From NCBI GenBank assembly GCA_040389285.1, contig JAZKAF010000035.1, forward strand, positions 1 to 40,450: DNA of 40,450 bases, written 5' to 3'. Below are positions 1 through 8,744 of the stretch, piece after piece (the stretch's first letter is position 1; the number at the start of each line of letters is the position of its first letter). Under the pieces are notes generated by a model, which saw only the letters and a program-made list of their open reading frames with translations, did no database searches and was not told the DNA's origin. This stretch comes from a candidate division FCPU426 bacterium (lineage in GTDB: Bacteria; Oederibacteriota; JAJYGY01; DAIDJD01). The position numbers and the translations under genes were made by a program.

Positions 1-521
1 ATGTTGAAGGAGACCGGGTTATGAAGGCTGGTGGAGGTGATGGTGCAATGGATGAACTGCACCGAACCGCCGCTGCCAAAGGCGTCGATACGGACGGTGT
101 CGGAAGCGCCCGTGGTGTGGGCGATGGTCAGGTTGCGGATGATGATGGTCTGGGTGACGTTGGCGCCGTTGAAACGGATCGTGGCGTTCGATCCGTTGCC
201 CTCGCTGGGCGTATTGTTGTTGCCGTCCCAGACCTCGGTGCCTAATTGGCCGCGTATTTCAGCGAAATTTGAATTGATGGAATAGGCGAAGGCCTCGGTG
301 ATAGTCTCACCGTTGTTGATCTGGATGATATCCGAAGCGCCAGCCGCGCCAATGGCCGCGGTAACCTTGGTGAAATCGCAGCCCGAAGCGCAGACCGTGA
401 TCGTGATGGCGGAGGCCTGCGAGGCGCATAACCATAGCAAGGCGCCGGCCAGAAGGCGTAATACGCCTGTCCAGCGCGGCGCGAGCCGACCCCAAAAAGT
501 AATCCACAATGTCATAGGCAT
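1..521 (-). CDS. Secreted protein, probable right-handed beta-helix/pectin-lyase-like fold; partial (runs off the window start)
   Basis: Absent from the ORF track; translated manually from ATG 521: MPMTLWITFWGRLAPRWTGVLRLLAGALLWLCASQASA|ITITVCASGCDFTKVTAAIGAAGASDIIQINNG..., open to the window edge. It has a signal peptide with an ASA cleavage site, and the TVCxSGCDFTxxxAAI...DxIxI start is typical of beta-helix proteins. Confidence 0.7.
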   Translation of the reverse strand, partial: MPMTLWITFWGRLAPRWTGVLRLLAGALLWLCASQASAITITVCASGCDFTKVTAAIGAAGASDIIQINNGETITEAFAYSINSNFAEIRGQLGTEVWDGNNNTPSEGNGSNATIRFNGANVTQTIIIRNLTIAHTTGASDTVRIDAFGSGGSVQFIHCTITSTSLHNPVSFN

Positions 522-707
522 AGGTTGCGCCTAGTTTAACAAAAAGCCTTTGGTTCTTTCACTATTTCGACACGGATTCGCTTTTTTGTCGCCAGAAAAA
601 TAAAGGGTTTATGGGGTTTTATAAGATGAAATATAGATTTTTAGTCAGATATTGAAGGTCTTTTCAGGTCAGATTATTTGGGCCAGGCTACCTGAAACAA
701 ATAAATC

Positions 708-2021
708 TCAAGCAACGATCTTAAAGTAGTCCCTTCCCCACTTAAAAGTATGGCCGACGTAGAGCTCCGACAGGGCGTTGAACTGCTCCGGGCTCAGGGT
801 CAGCCACTGGGATCTATCCAGGATCTGAAGGCCGTTTTGTTCCCGCACCTGGCGGGCCTGGCGCATGCTGACTTTTTTCACCCCAGCCAGCAGTTCCCCG
901 ACCTTGGCCTCGGTCTTGGCCACTTCCTGAACGCTGTCCGGGACCAACTGAGCGGCCTTGCCGAACCGAGAATTGAAATCTTTCTCCGCGTTTTCCAGGG
1001 CGCCGGGCTCGTTGGGATGGAACGTCGCCACCACCACCCGCGCCAAGAGCTGCTTGGCCTCCTTAGGATGCACGCTGGAGGCCTCCACGGCCTTTTTAAG
1101 GGCGTCCAGGTCCGCGGAGGATATCTCGGTCAGCTCGCGGTACCAGATCCACATCACCTCGTCGGGTATGGACATGACCTTCCCGTACATGTCCGCGGCT
1201 GGCGACTCGACCGCGATGTAGTTGCCGCGGCTCTTGGACATCTTGCCCAGGCGGCCCTCGGCGTCTTTTTCGCCGTTGGTGCCCGGCAGCAGGTCGTTGG
1301 TGATGATGCACTCGGGCCGCTGCCCGGCCATCTCCATCATGTTGCGGCAAAAATGGAAGTTCAGGAACTGGTCCATGCCGCCGATCTCGATGTCCGGCTT
1401 GATCTCCACCGAGTCGTAGCCCATCAGCAACACATACTCGAATTCCGCCAGGGACAGCGAATGTCCCCCTTCCATGCGCTTGCGAAAATCGTCGCGCTGC
1501 AGCAGCGAGCTGACCGTGATCCCTTTGGTGACCGCCATCCATTTGGAAAGGCTCAGCTTGCCCAGCCAGGCCGAGTTGTAGTGCAGGTGCACGTGTTTGG
1601 AGCTGAAGTCGATGATCCGCGAGGCCTGAGCCGCGTAGGTGGCCATGTTCTCGCCCACCTGCTCCGACGTCAGCGGCGCCCGGGCGTCCATGCGTTCGCC
1701 GGGATCGCCGACCATGGCCGTGAAGTCGCCGATGATCACGTGGATCTCGTGGCCCATGCGCAACAGGCGCCTCAGGTTGATCAGGGGCACGGCGTGGCCG
1801 ATGTGGATCTGCGGCCCGGTGGGGTCGATGCCGAACTTGATCTTCAGGGGCTTTCCGGAACTCTTGGATTCCTTCAGCCTTTCCACCAGCGCCGCTTCGC
1901 TGACGATGGAATGCCCGGCCGCGGCCTTGTCTTTGATCAGCCGGAACTGCTCCTCGGCGCTGAGGACGGAAAGGTCCTGGGGAGGGTGCAATAAGCCGTT
2001 TTCAAGGTTTTTTAAGTCCAT
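708..2021 (-). CDS. tyrS: Tyrosine--tRNA ligase (type 2-like, divergent)
   Basis: KFGIDPTGPQIHIGH (HIGH motif), IGDFTAMVGDP, GYDS, GGMDQ, KMSKS and a degenerate S4-like C-terminus. Confidence 0.9.
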   Translation of the reverse strand: MDLKNLENGLLHPPQDLSVLSAEEQFRLIKDKAAAGHSIVSEAALVERLKESKSSGKPLKIKFGIDPTGPQIHIGHAVPLINLRRLLRMGHEIHVIIGDFTAMVGDPGERMDARAPLTSEQVGENMATYAAQASRIIDFSSKHVHLHYNSAWLGKLSLSKWMAVTKGITVSSLLQRDDFRKRMEGGHSLSLAEFEYVLLMGYDSVEIKPDIEIGGMDQFLNFHFCRNMMEMAGQRPECIITNDLLPGTNGEKDAEGRLGKMSKSRGNYIAVESPAADMYGKVMSIPDEVMWIWYRELTEISSADLDALKKAVEASSVHPKEAKQLLARVVVATFHPNEPGALENAEKDFNSRFGKAAQLVPDSVQEVAKTEAKVGELLAGVKKVSMRQARQVREQNGLQILDRSQWLTLSPEQFNALSELYVGHTFKWGRDYFKIVA

Positions 2022-2039
2022 AGTCCTTGGTCAAGAAAG

Positions 2040-2113
2040 TGGCCCCGGGGCGACTCGAACGCCCGACCGTCAGATTAGAAATCTGATGCTCTATCCAGCT
2101 GAGCTACGGGACC
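2040..2113 (-). tRNA. tRNA-Arg(UCU), CCA not encoded
   Basis: Reverse complement GGTCCCG TAGCTCAGCTGGATAGAGC A TCAGA TTTCTAA TCTGA CGGTC GGGCG TTCGAGT CGCCC CGGGGCC A forms a complete cloverleaf with anticodon TCT. Confidence 0.97.
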
Positions 2114-2156
2114 GTGCGGCGATATTATCTCAAATCCAAAGGCGATTTCCCAAAGC

Positions 2157-2191
2157 AAAAAGCCCCTTTGCGGCTTGCGCAAAAGGGCTTT
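2157..2191 (-). terminator. Intrinsic terminator after the first PorV-like gene
   Basis: Minus strand AGCCCTTTTGCG-CAAGC-CGCAAAGGGGCT followed by a T tract, about 25 nt after the stop at 2216. Confidence 0.8.
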
Positions 2192-2215
2192 GGGGGTCGC
2201 GACAAGCCGATCCGA

Positions 2216-3958
2216 TTATTTTACGGGCTCGACTGTCGGCTCAATCGTGGGAACAGGCGTCGCCTCGGCCGTAGGCGCGGGGGTCGCCTCGGCCGTGGCC
2301 TCCGGGGTCGGCTCGGGCTTCAGCACGAATTCCGCCTGCTTGGTCTCTGTCTTGCCAGCCCGCTCGGCGCTCAGCGCATAGACGTAGGTGCCGGGCTCCA
2401 GCGCCTTGCCATCCGCGTCCTTCAGATCAAAAAGGATCTGGTGCTCCTCGCCCGCCGAGAACTTGCCGGCTTCCAGCACACGCAGAGGCTTCTCTGGGTC
2501 CGCCTTCGCATAGACCTTCAGGGTGAGGTCCGCCTCGGCCTTGGTGCAGAATTTAAGCGAGCTGCCGGTCCCATCGATCACCAAGCAGCCGAGCTGGATG
2601 CGGATCTTTTTGGATTTTTTCGGCTTGACCACCTCGGGCGTTGGCGTAGGCGTCGGCTCGGGCGTCACCGGCGACACGTAGGCCGTGGCCGTCAGCCGAT
2701 AGTAATTCGAGAAGGCCACCTGTCCGCTGTCGTACTTCACCGACACGACCGCCTGGTAGGTCCCCGCCTCGGCCTCGGATCCGTCCTGCAGCTTCTGGTC
2801 CCAGACCACTTCTTCGGGCACCTTGCCCTGGACCAGCGTCTTGCGCACGACGAAAGGCTCTTTCACCCGGGCATTGAAGATGTAGAGGCCCCAGAGCGCC
2901 ACACGATCCGGATAGCTGACGTTGGGATGCACCGAGGTGTCGGCGTGCTGAGGATTGCTGGTCGGCATCAGGACCACCTTGGGCGATTCCAGCCAGGTCA
3001 GCATCTCGGGCTTTTGCGCGAAGTAATAGCTCAAGGAGATGCGGTAGGTGCTGCCCAGTTCGCCAAAGGGCTGGGTGGCCAAGTCGATCCGCGCGGGACC
3101 GGCCTTGAATCCTAAGCCGGCGGTCCAGGGATTGTGGATGCCATCGGAACGGAAGCCGAAGCGCGGATACAGGGTGCCGGCGATGTCGTATTCAAAGCCC
3201 AAGCCCAGCATGGGTAAATTGTCGATGGGAAGATCCAGTTCCGCGGCCAGCAGCAGCTGCGCGAGCTGGTAGCTGGCGCCCGCGCGGATGACGCGGGGCA
3301 GCTCAAAGGACTCCTGCCCCAGGGTCATGGGGTATCCGATATTCTGGACGGCGATCCCTAAGGTCAGTCCCTTGGCCTGAGTCTGATGGATGATGCCTAA
3401 GTCCAGGCCGACACCCGTGGCCGAGCTGCCCGCCACGTTCTGCCCGATCAGCTTCAGGCCGGCGCCCACCAAGAGGGTGGACCCGAGCTTCCTGGCATAG
3501 CCCAGAGTCCCGTAGGAATCCATCGAGGTGGAGGAGCCGATGCTGCGGAAATTGAGGGCGGGATCGGAGCCGTAGCCGGTCCTTTCCGTGACATCGAGCG
3601 TGGGATACTGCAGATAATTGGCGTTGAAGCCCAGGCTGCCCCAATCCCCTAAGGAAAAGGCCGCGCTAAAATGCTCAGCGGCCAGGCCCTGGAACCATTG
3701 GGAATGGGTCAGCTGGATGGAAGGAGCGGCGCGCAGCAGGCCAGCGGGGTTGTAGGACAACGCGTCCGAGTCGTCTGACAAGGCCACATAAGCCCCGCCC
3801 ATGCCGATAGCCCGGGCTCCCCCGCCCAGCTTGATCAACGGCGCGGCGGTAGTGCCAGTCTGTTCCGTGAGAGCCGCGGCGGCCGAGGCCAGGCCCAGCA
3901 AAGCCGTCAGCGAAATGGTTTTGAAGATCTGTGACCTCAACGAAGCACCGTGATCCAT
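2216..3958 (-). CDS. PorV/PorQ-family (UPF0164-like) outer-membrane barrel fused to two FlgD-like Ig domains and a Pro/Thr/Glu tail
   Basis: Signal peptide; family signature IKLGGGARAIGMGGAYVALSDDSDALSYNPAGL; barrel end PFGELGSTYRISLSYYF; FlgD-like WDQKLQDGSEAEAGTY and FDLKDADGKALEPGTY. Possible alternative start is TTG 3940, overlapping the upstream stop (TTGA). Confidence 0.8.
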   Translation of the reverse strand: MDHGASLRSQIFKTISLTALLGLASAAAALTEQTGTTAAPLIKLGGGARAIGMGGAYVALSDDSDALSYNPAGLLRAAPSIQLTHSQWFQGLAAEHFSAAFSLGDWGSLGFNANYLQYPTLDVTERTGYGSDPALNFRSIGSSTSMDSYGTLGYARKLGSTLLVGAGLKLIGQNVAGSSATGVGLDLGIIHQTQAKGLTLGIAVQNIGYPMTLGQESFELPRVIRAGASYQLAQLLLAAELDLPIDNLPMLGLGFEYDIAGTLYPRFGFRSDGIHNPWTAGLGFKAGPARIDLATQPFGELGSTYRISLSYYFAQKPEMLTWLESPKVVLMPTSNPQHADTSVHPNVSYPDRVALWGLYIFNARVKEPFVVRKTLVQGKVPEEVVWDQKLQDGSEAEAGTYQAVVSVKYDSGQVAFSNYYRLTATAYVSPVTPEPTPTPTPEVVKPKKSKKIRIQLGCLVIDGTGSSLKFCTKAEADLTLKVYAKADPEKPLRVLEAGKFSAGEEHQILFDLKDADGKALEPGTYVYALSAERAGKTETKQAEFVLKPEPTPEATAEATPAPTAEATPVPTIEPTVEPVK

Positions 3959-6051
3959 CGGCCCGTCCTTGAATGGGCTCCCGCGCCCTCCAGTTCAACC
4001 TGCAGATAATAGCTGCCAAAAGCCAAGGGCGCCCCCAGGTCGTTGCGGGCGTTCCACATGACTTCGTAGGAGCCGGAGACCGCGTAGGTCTTCGCAAAGC
4101 TGACCACCGGCTCGCCGTTCATGGTCCAGATCTTGACAGTCAGTTCGCCGTGGTAAGGCAGGTGCACCGCGATGGCGGAACCCTGCGCCGTGATGGGATG
4201 CGGATAGACCCCGATGATCGTGACCTTGCCCGTATAGTCATCGGAATGGACCACAGGTGAGATGATCCTGGTCGGCGAGGTCGAGAAGGTGGGCGACTGG
4301 GTGAAGCTTTCCGTGACGGTCGGGCTCATGCTGGGCGTCGGCGATTCGGTGTTCGTGGGCGACACCGAAAAGGTCGGCGACTCCGAGAATGTCAGGGTCG
4401 AGGTCGGCGAATCGCTCAGGGTCGGCGACGCTGTGAAGCTATTCGTCACAGAGAAGGTCGGCGACGCGGTGGGAGAATCCGTGGTGGTCGGCGAATTCGT
4501 AAGACTTGAGGTCGGTGTTGCGGTCTGGGTCGCCGTGGGCGAGTCCGTGAACGTGGGTGTATGCGTGGGAGTGGCCGTGCTCGACATGGAACCGGTGGTC
4601 GTGTTGGTCAAGGTGACCGAAGGCGAGTCCGAGAAGGTCGGCGAATTGGTGAAGCTATAGGTCGGCGTGAAGGACAGGGTCAGGGTCGGCGAGTCCGAGA
4701 ACGTCGGCGAATTGGTGAAACTGTAGGTCGGAGTAAAAGACAGGGTCATGGTCGGCGAATCCGTCCGCGTCGGCGAATTTGTGAAGCTGTAGGTCGGCGT
4801 GAAGGAGGGTGTCACCGTGGGAGAGTCCGTCCTTGTGGGCGAATCGCTGAACGTGGGCGAGGCGGTCGACGACGGCGTTGGCGTGCTGCTCGGCGTGGGG
4901 CTGGTGGTCGGCGAATTCGTGAACGTCGATGTCGGGGAATCCGTCTTGGTCGGCGAGTCGCTCAGGGTCGGCGAATCCGACCAAGTGGGGCTATTGCTGA
5001 GGGTCGGCGAATCCGTAAAAGTTTCGGTCACGGTAAGGGTGGGGGTGTGCGTGGGCGAATCGGCCGGAGTCGGTGAATCTGTGGGCGACGGCGATAGGGT
5101 ACGCGTTGGGGATTCTGACCAGGTCGGACTTACTGAACTGGAGGGACTGGGCGATTCAGTGAAAGTCTCGGACTGGGTGAAAGAATTCGTAGGACTGTAG
5201 GTCGGCGTGTACGAATTCGTATAGGTCGGAGTCAGCGGCAGGATCTCCATGTCAGCCTGATGGGAGCTCCAGACTGTGGCGGCGCCAGTGATGCTCATCA
5301 AATAGGTGCCGACCGTAGGCGCGGGCTGCACCATCAGGCCGATGTTAGCGCGCGGCGCGTTGGTGGTGTAATTGCTCTGAAAGACCTTGGTGACCACGAC
5401 ATTGGGCGTCATCTCGGTCGCGATGGTGTTCTTCTGCATCTGATAGTAGCCGATGATCAGGCTGTTCGCCTTGGAACTGCCGATCGACAGGGTATTGGTG
5501 GCCCCGCCATCCACACGCTGCGTTCCCGCCACCGGCGTGGGCGTTTCCACCACCGCTCCGTTGCGCACCAGCACCGCGGCCAAGCCATATCCGACATTTG
5601 AAGTGATAAAAGTCGTGACGGGCGTGACCGCGATGTTGGCGGTGCCGGCCGAGGGATTTCGAAGGTACCAGAGCTCCGTGTTCAGAGCCTTGCCAGCTGA
5701 GTTGTCGACATTCGCCGTGGTCTGAAGCGTGGCCACGGGCGTCATTTGCTGGGAACCGAAGAATACCTTGAGGCCCGGCTCGAAGAGCACCCCGCTCGAA
5801 GTGTGCGCGTACGAATAGCCGACCACCAGCACTGTGTCCATCTGGACACCCGCGCCTTGGACCGTAAGGGTCAGTGGCCCGGGTACGGCACTTCGGTAGT
5901 ATCCAGAATTGGCTTCACCTGGCCCGGGATAGGGTCCGGTCGGTGTAGGCGTGGCCGCGGCATGGATGAGGACGGGAGCAAAAATAAGCGCGGAAAAAAT
6001 CGCGAGGCACTGCCTCGTCAAGATCGATAACCCAGAGGATCTGCGGACCAT
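3937..6051 (-). CDS. Secreted protein A: head domain, ~320-aa Thr/Ser/Pro stalk and T9SS type A/FlgD-like C-terminal domain
   Basis: Start re-called at ATG 6051 (GGAG SD 5 nt upstream); hydrophobic signal peptide; C-terminus GVYPHP...VKIWTMNGE...WNARNDLG...GSYY...WITVLR. Confidence 0.8.
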   Translation of the reverse strand: MVRRSSGLSILTRQCLAIFSALIFAPVLIHAAATPTPTGPYPGPGEANSGYYRSAVPGPLTLTVQGAGVQMDTVLVVGYSYAHTSSGVLFEPGLKVFFGSQQMTPVATLQTTANVDNSAGKALNTELWYLRNPSAGTANIAVTPVTTFITSNVGYGLAAVLVRNGAVVETPTPVAGTQRVDGGATNTLSIGSSKANSLIIGYYQMQKNTIATEMTPNVVVTKVFQSNYTTNAPRANIGLMVQPAPTVGTYLMSITGAATVWSSHQADMEILPLTPTYTNSYTPTYSPTNSFTQSETFTESPSPSSSVSPTWSESPTRTLSPSPTDSPTPADSPTHTPTLTVTETFTDSPTLSNSPTWSDSPTLSDSPTKTDSPTSTFTNSPTTSPTPSSTPTPSSTASPTFSDSPTRTDSPTVTPSFTPTYSFTNSPTRTDSPTMTLSFTPTYSFTNSPTFSDSPTLTLSFTPTYSFTNSPTFSDSPSVTLTNTTTGSMSSTATPTHTPTFTDSPTATQTATPTSSLTNSPTTTDSPTASPTFSVTNSFTASPTLSDSPTSTLTFSESPTFSVSPTNTESPTPSMSPTVTESFTQSPTFSTSPTRIISPVVHSDDYTGKVTIIGVYPHPITAQGSAIAVHLPYHGELTVKIWTMNGEPVVSFAKTYAVSGSYEVMWNARNDLGAPLAFGSYYLQVELEGAGAHSRTGRWITVLR
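4269..5234 (-). repeat. Coding low-complexity (x-T/S)n stalk that includes about 3.5 copies of a 66-bp (22-aa) unit
   Basis: PTYSFTNSPT(RT/FS)DSPTxTLSFT recurs, with anchors at 4658, 4724 and 4790 (66-bp spacing). Confidence 0.9.
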
Positions 6052-6180
6052 CTTCACTCCGCGGCAGGGGACAAGAAGCTCTTTATCTCGGATCAAGCTC
6101 TGGAATATTTTATCGAATCCCCTAAAAAATGCCCTTTATTTCGGAATTATTTTGCATAAGAAGGGTCTGGAATTTTCGTA

Positions 6181-6210
6181 TTGCGGAATTAGGCGGTTCT
6201 TGAGGATAAT
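6181..6210 (+). promoter_or_regulatory. Possible sigma70-like promoter for the small plus-strand gene
   Basis: TTGCGG-N18-GATAAT, 35 nt upstream of ATG 6246. Confidence 0.4.
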
Positions 6211-6245
6211 CAGGACTCAAAAGAAACTAAACGGAGGAATGTTCC

Positions 6246-6536
6246 ATGGAAGCGACCCCCACTCCCCCTGCCGAAGCGCCCCAGCCGGCCGCAGCAGCTC
6301 CTGCTCCCGCGGCACCCGCGGCGGCTCCTGTTGCGCCGCCAGCCCCGACGTTCAAGCCGGCCCCCGACAATCTGACTTGCAAGGTCTGCAACGCGCCCCT
6401 GCGCTACGGACAAGAGGGGAAAACTTCCCAGGAATTCGTCTGTTCCACCCTGAAAGACGATTCACCCATCCTCACGGACAAATACGAGGAATGGCGCAAT
6501 CATTGGGTCGCTTCGCGAGTGGTACGCTCAAAATAA
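6246..6536 (+). CDS. Small hypothetical protein with a Pro/Ala-rich N-terminus and a CxxC...C...H putative Zn-binding domain
   Basis: Strong SD GGAGGA; fills the gap between two minus-strand genes; CKVC-x17-C...H pattern. Confidence 0.75.
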   Translation: MEATPTPPAEAPQPAAAAPAPAAPAAAPVAPPAPTFKPAPDNLTCKVCNAPLRYGQEGKTSQEFVCSTLKDDSPILTDKYEEWRNHWVASRVVRSK

Positions 6537-6542
6537 GGCGGC

Positions 6543-8744
6543 CTAGTCCCCTTCCCTCAACCACAGCACGCCCAACGGTGGAAGGGTCAGCTCGACACTG
6601 AAGGGCTGGCCGTTCCAGGGGTGCTGTTGCGCCGACAATTTTTGCTCTGGTCCGACGCCGCTGCCTGCATAGGCCGCGGCGTCCGTGTTTAGGATCGTGC
6701 TCCATGGCCCGCCCGCGGGCAAACCCACCCTGAAACACTGCCTTGCCACGGGCGAAAAGTTGCCGATCGCCACGATCCTCGCCGCCCCGGGCACTAGGGC
6801 CCTGGCCTGCCGGTAAAAAGTGACCACATTGTCGTTGGCGTTGCCGCCGTCGATCCAGTGGAAGCCCTCCGGCTCGGCGTCGTTGTCCCAAAGAGCTGGC
6901 TCCACGGCGTAAAGGCGGTTCAGATCCTTCACCAGTTGTTGAAGGCCGGCGTGCTCCGCGCCCGCCAAGAGATGCCAGTCCAGGCTGCTGTCGTGACGCC
7001 ACTCATCCCACTGCCCCAGCTCCCCGCCCATGAACAGCAATTTCTTGCCCGGATGCGCCCACATATAAGCGAACAGCGCCCGCATCTCGGCGAACTTGCG
7101 CCAACGGTCCCCGGGCATCTTACCCATCAGCGACCCTTTGCCGTGCACCACCTCGTCGTGGGACAAAGGCAGGATGAAATTCTCGGTCCAGGCGTAGAGC
7201 AGGCCGAAGGTCAGGTCGTCATGGTGGAACCTGCGATGGACGGGATCCTTGGAGAAATAGCGCAGCGTGTCGTGCATCCAGCCCATGTTCCATTTGAAGC
7301 CGAATCCCAGGCCTCCCGCCCAGGTGGGGCGGCTGACCCCGGGCCATGCCGTGCTCTCTTCCGCGATCATCAGGACCCCGGGGACCTGCGCGTACGCCTC
7401 GGCGTTCAGCTGCTTCAAGAATTCGATGGCCTCCAGGTTCTCCCGGCCTCCGTGCCGATTGGGGATCCATCCGTCCTTGTCGCGGCTGTAGTCCAGGTAG
7501 AGCATCGAGGCCACGGCGTCGATGCGCAGGCCGTCCAAGTGGAACTCCTTCAGCCAATAAAGGGCATTGGCGATCAGGAAGTTCTTCACCTCATTGCGGC
7601 CGTAGTTGAAGATCAAGGTGCCCCAGTCCGGATGCTCTCCCTGGCGGGGGTCCTCGTGCTCGTAGAGCGCTTCGCCGACAAAGCGCCCCAGAGCGTAGCC
7701 GTCTTTAGGGAAATGCGCCGGGACCCAGTCCAGGATGACGCCGATCCCGGCTTCGTGCAGGGCGTTCACCAGGGCGCGGAAGTCGTCGGGGCTGCCGTAG
7801 CGCGCCGTTGGCGCGTAATAATTCCCCACCTGGTAGCCCCAGGAGCCCCCGAACGGATGCTCCATGATCGGCATCAGCTCGACATGGGTGAAGCCCATCT
7901 CCTTGGCATAAGCTGGGAGTTGCTCGGCCAGCTCACGGTACGTCAGCGGCCTGTTCCCTTCCGACGGCACCCGACGCCAGGACCCCAGATGGATCTCGTA
8001 GATGCTGAGGGGCGCGCGCAGGAGCTCGCCCTTTGCCCGGTCCCGCATCCAAGCGTCATCCGTGAACTTGAACCCGCTTTCGTAATGCAGGCTGGCTGTG
8101 CCGGGCGGCATTTCTGCGGCGACGGCGAGGGGGTCCCCCTTCAAAAGATGGGGACCCTGTTTCGGGCGCACTTCGAATTTGTAAAGAAAGGCCCCTGCCA
8201 AGCTCGGGATAAAGACCTCCCAGACCCCGGATAGGCCCAGGCTACGCATGGCGTGCAGGCGGCCATCCCAGCGGTTGAAGTCTCCGGCCACGCTGACGCC
8301 CTCGGCGCCAGGCGCCCAGAGAGAGAAAGCGACCCCTGCCGTACCTTGATGGACCAGGGCATGAGCCCCTAATTTTTCCCAAAGCCGCCAGTGGCGGCCT
8401 TCCCCGAACAACTGAAGGTCCGTTTCTCCGAGGGTCGGCAAAAAACCATAGGGGTCGGCGCGCAGGTCACTGGAATCCGGTCCGCGGTAGTCCACACGCA
8501 GGCTATAACCACGCGGATATTCACCGCCCTCAAGCTCCCCCTCGAAGCAGCCAGCCACGTCCATGGGTCGCAGTGGTAGCTCGGTGCCGTCCGGGCAAAG
8601 CGCCGTCACCGTCGCGGCACCTGGCTTGAAGGCCCGTATCACCCACCCTTTAGCGGTTGCATGGGCCCCCAGCAGGGAATGCGGATTGTGGTGGCGCAGT
8701 TCGACCAGGCGCCTTAGCTCCGATCTCGAGACGGAAGCGGCCAC
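6543..8744 (-). CDS. glgB: 1,4-alpha-glucan branching enzyme (GH13)
   Basis: SIYEIHLGSW, GFTHVELMPIMEHPFGGSWGYQ, LDWVPAHFP, GLRIDAVASMLYLDYSR, IAEESTAWPGV, KWNMGWMHD, LPLSHDEVVHGK. Confidence 0.98.
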   Translation of the reverse strand: MAASVSRSELRRLVELRHHNPHSLLGAHATAKGWVIRAFKPGAATVTALCPDGTELPLRPMDVAGCFEGELEGGEYPRGYSLRVDYRGPDSSDLRADPYGFLPTLGETDLQLFGEGRHWRLWEKLGAHALVHQGTAGVAFSLWAPGAEGVSVAGDFNRWDGRLHAMRSLGLSGVWEVFIPSLAGAFLYKFEVRPKQGPHLLKGDPLAVAAEMPPGTASLHYESGFKFTDDAWMRDRAKGELLRAPLSIYEIHLGSWRRVPSEGNRPLTYRELAEQLPAYAKEMGFTHVELMPIMEHPFGGSWGYQVGNYYAPTARYGSPDDFRALVNALHEAGIGVILDWVPAHFPKDGYALGRFVGEALYEHEDPRQGEHPDWGTLIFNYGRNEVKNFLIANALYWLKEFHLDGLRIDAVASMLYLDYSRDKDGWIPNRHGGRENLEAIEFLKQLNAEAYAQVPGVLMIAEESTAWPGVSRPTWAGGLGFGFKWNMGWMHDTLRYFSKDPVHRRFHHDDLTFGLLYAWTENFILPLSHDEVVHGKGSLMGKMPGDRWRKFAEMRALFAYMWAHPGKKLLFMGGELGQWDEWRHDSSLDWHLLAGAEHAGLQQLVKDLNRLYAVEPALWDNDAEPEGFHWIDGGNANDNVVTFYRQARALVPGAARIVAIGNFSPVARQCFRVGLPAGGPWSTILNTDAAAYAGSGVGPEQKLSAQQHPWNGQPFSVELTLPPLGVLWLREGD

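Noticed and set aside
750-1994. Long antisense ORFs (also 6858..8234, 14642..16171, 19342..20727, 25107..26177 and others)
   Set aside because: Each lies opposite a well-supported gene, which is expected at high GC with biased third codon positions.
2040-2113. Both tRNAs lack an encoded CCA
   Set aside because: This is common in many bacterial lineages and not remarkable.
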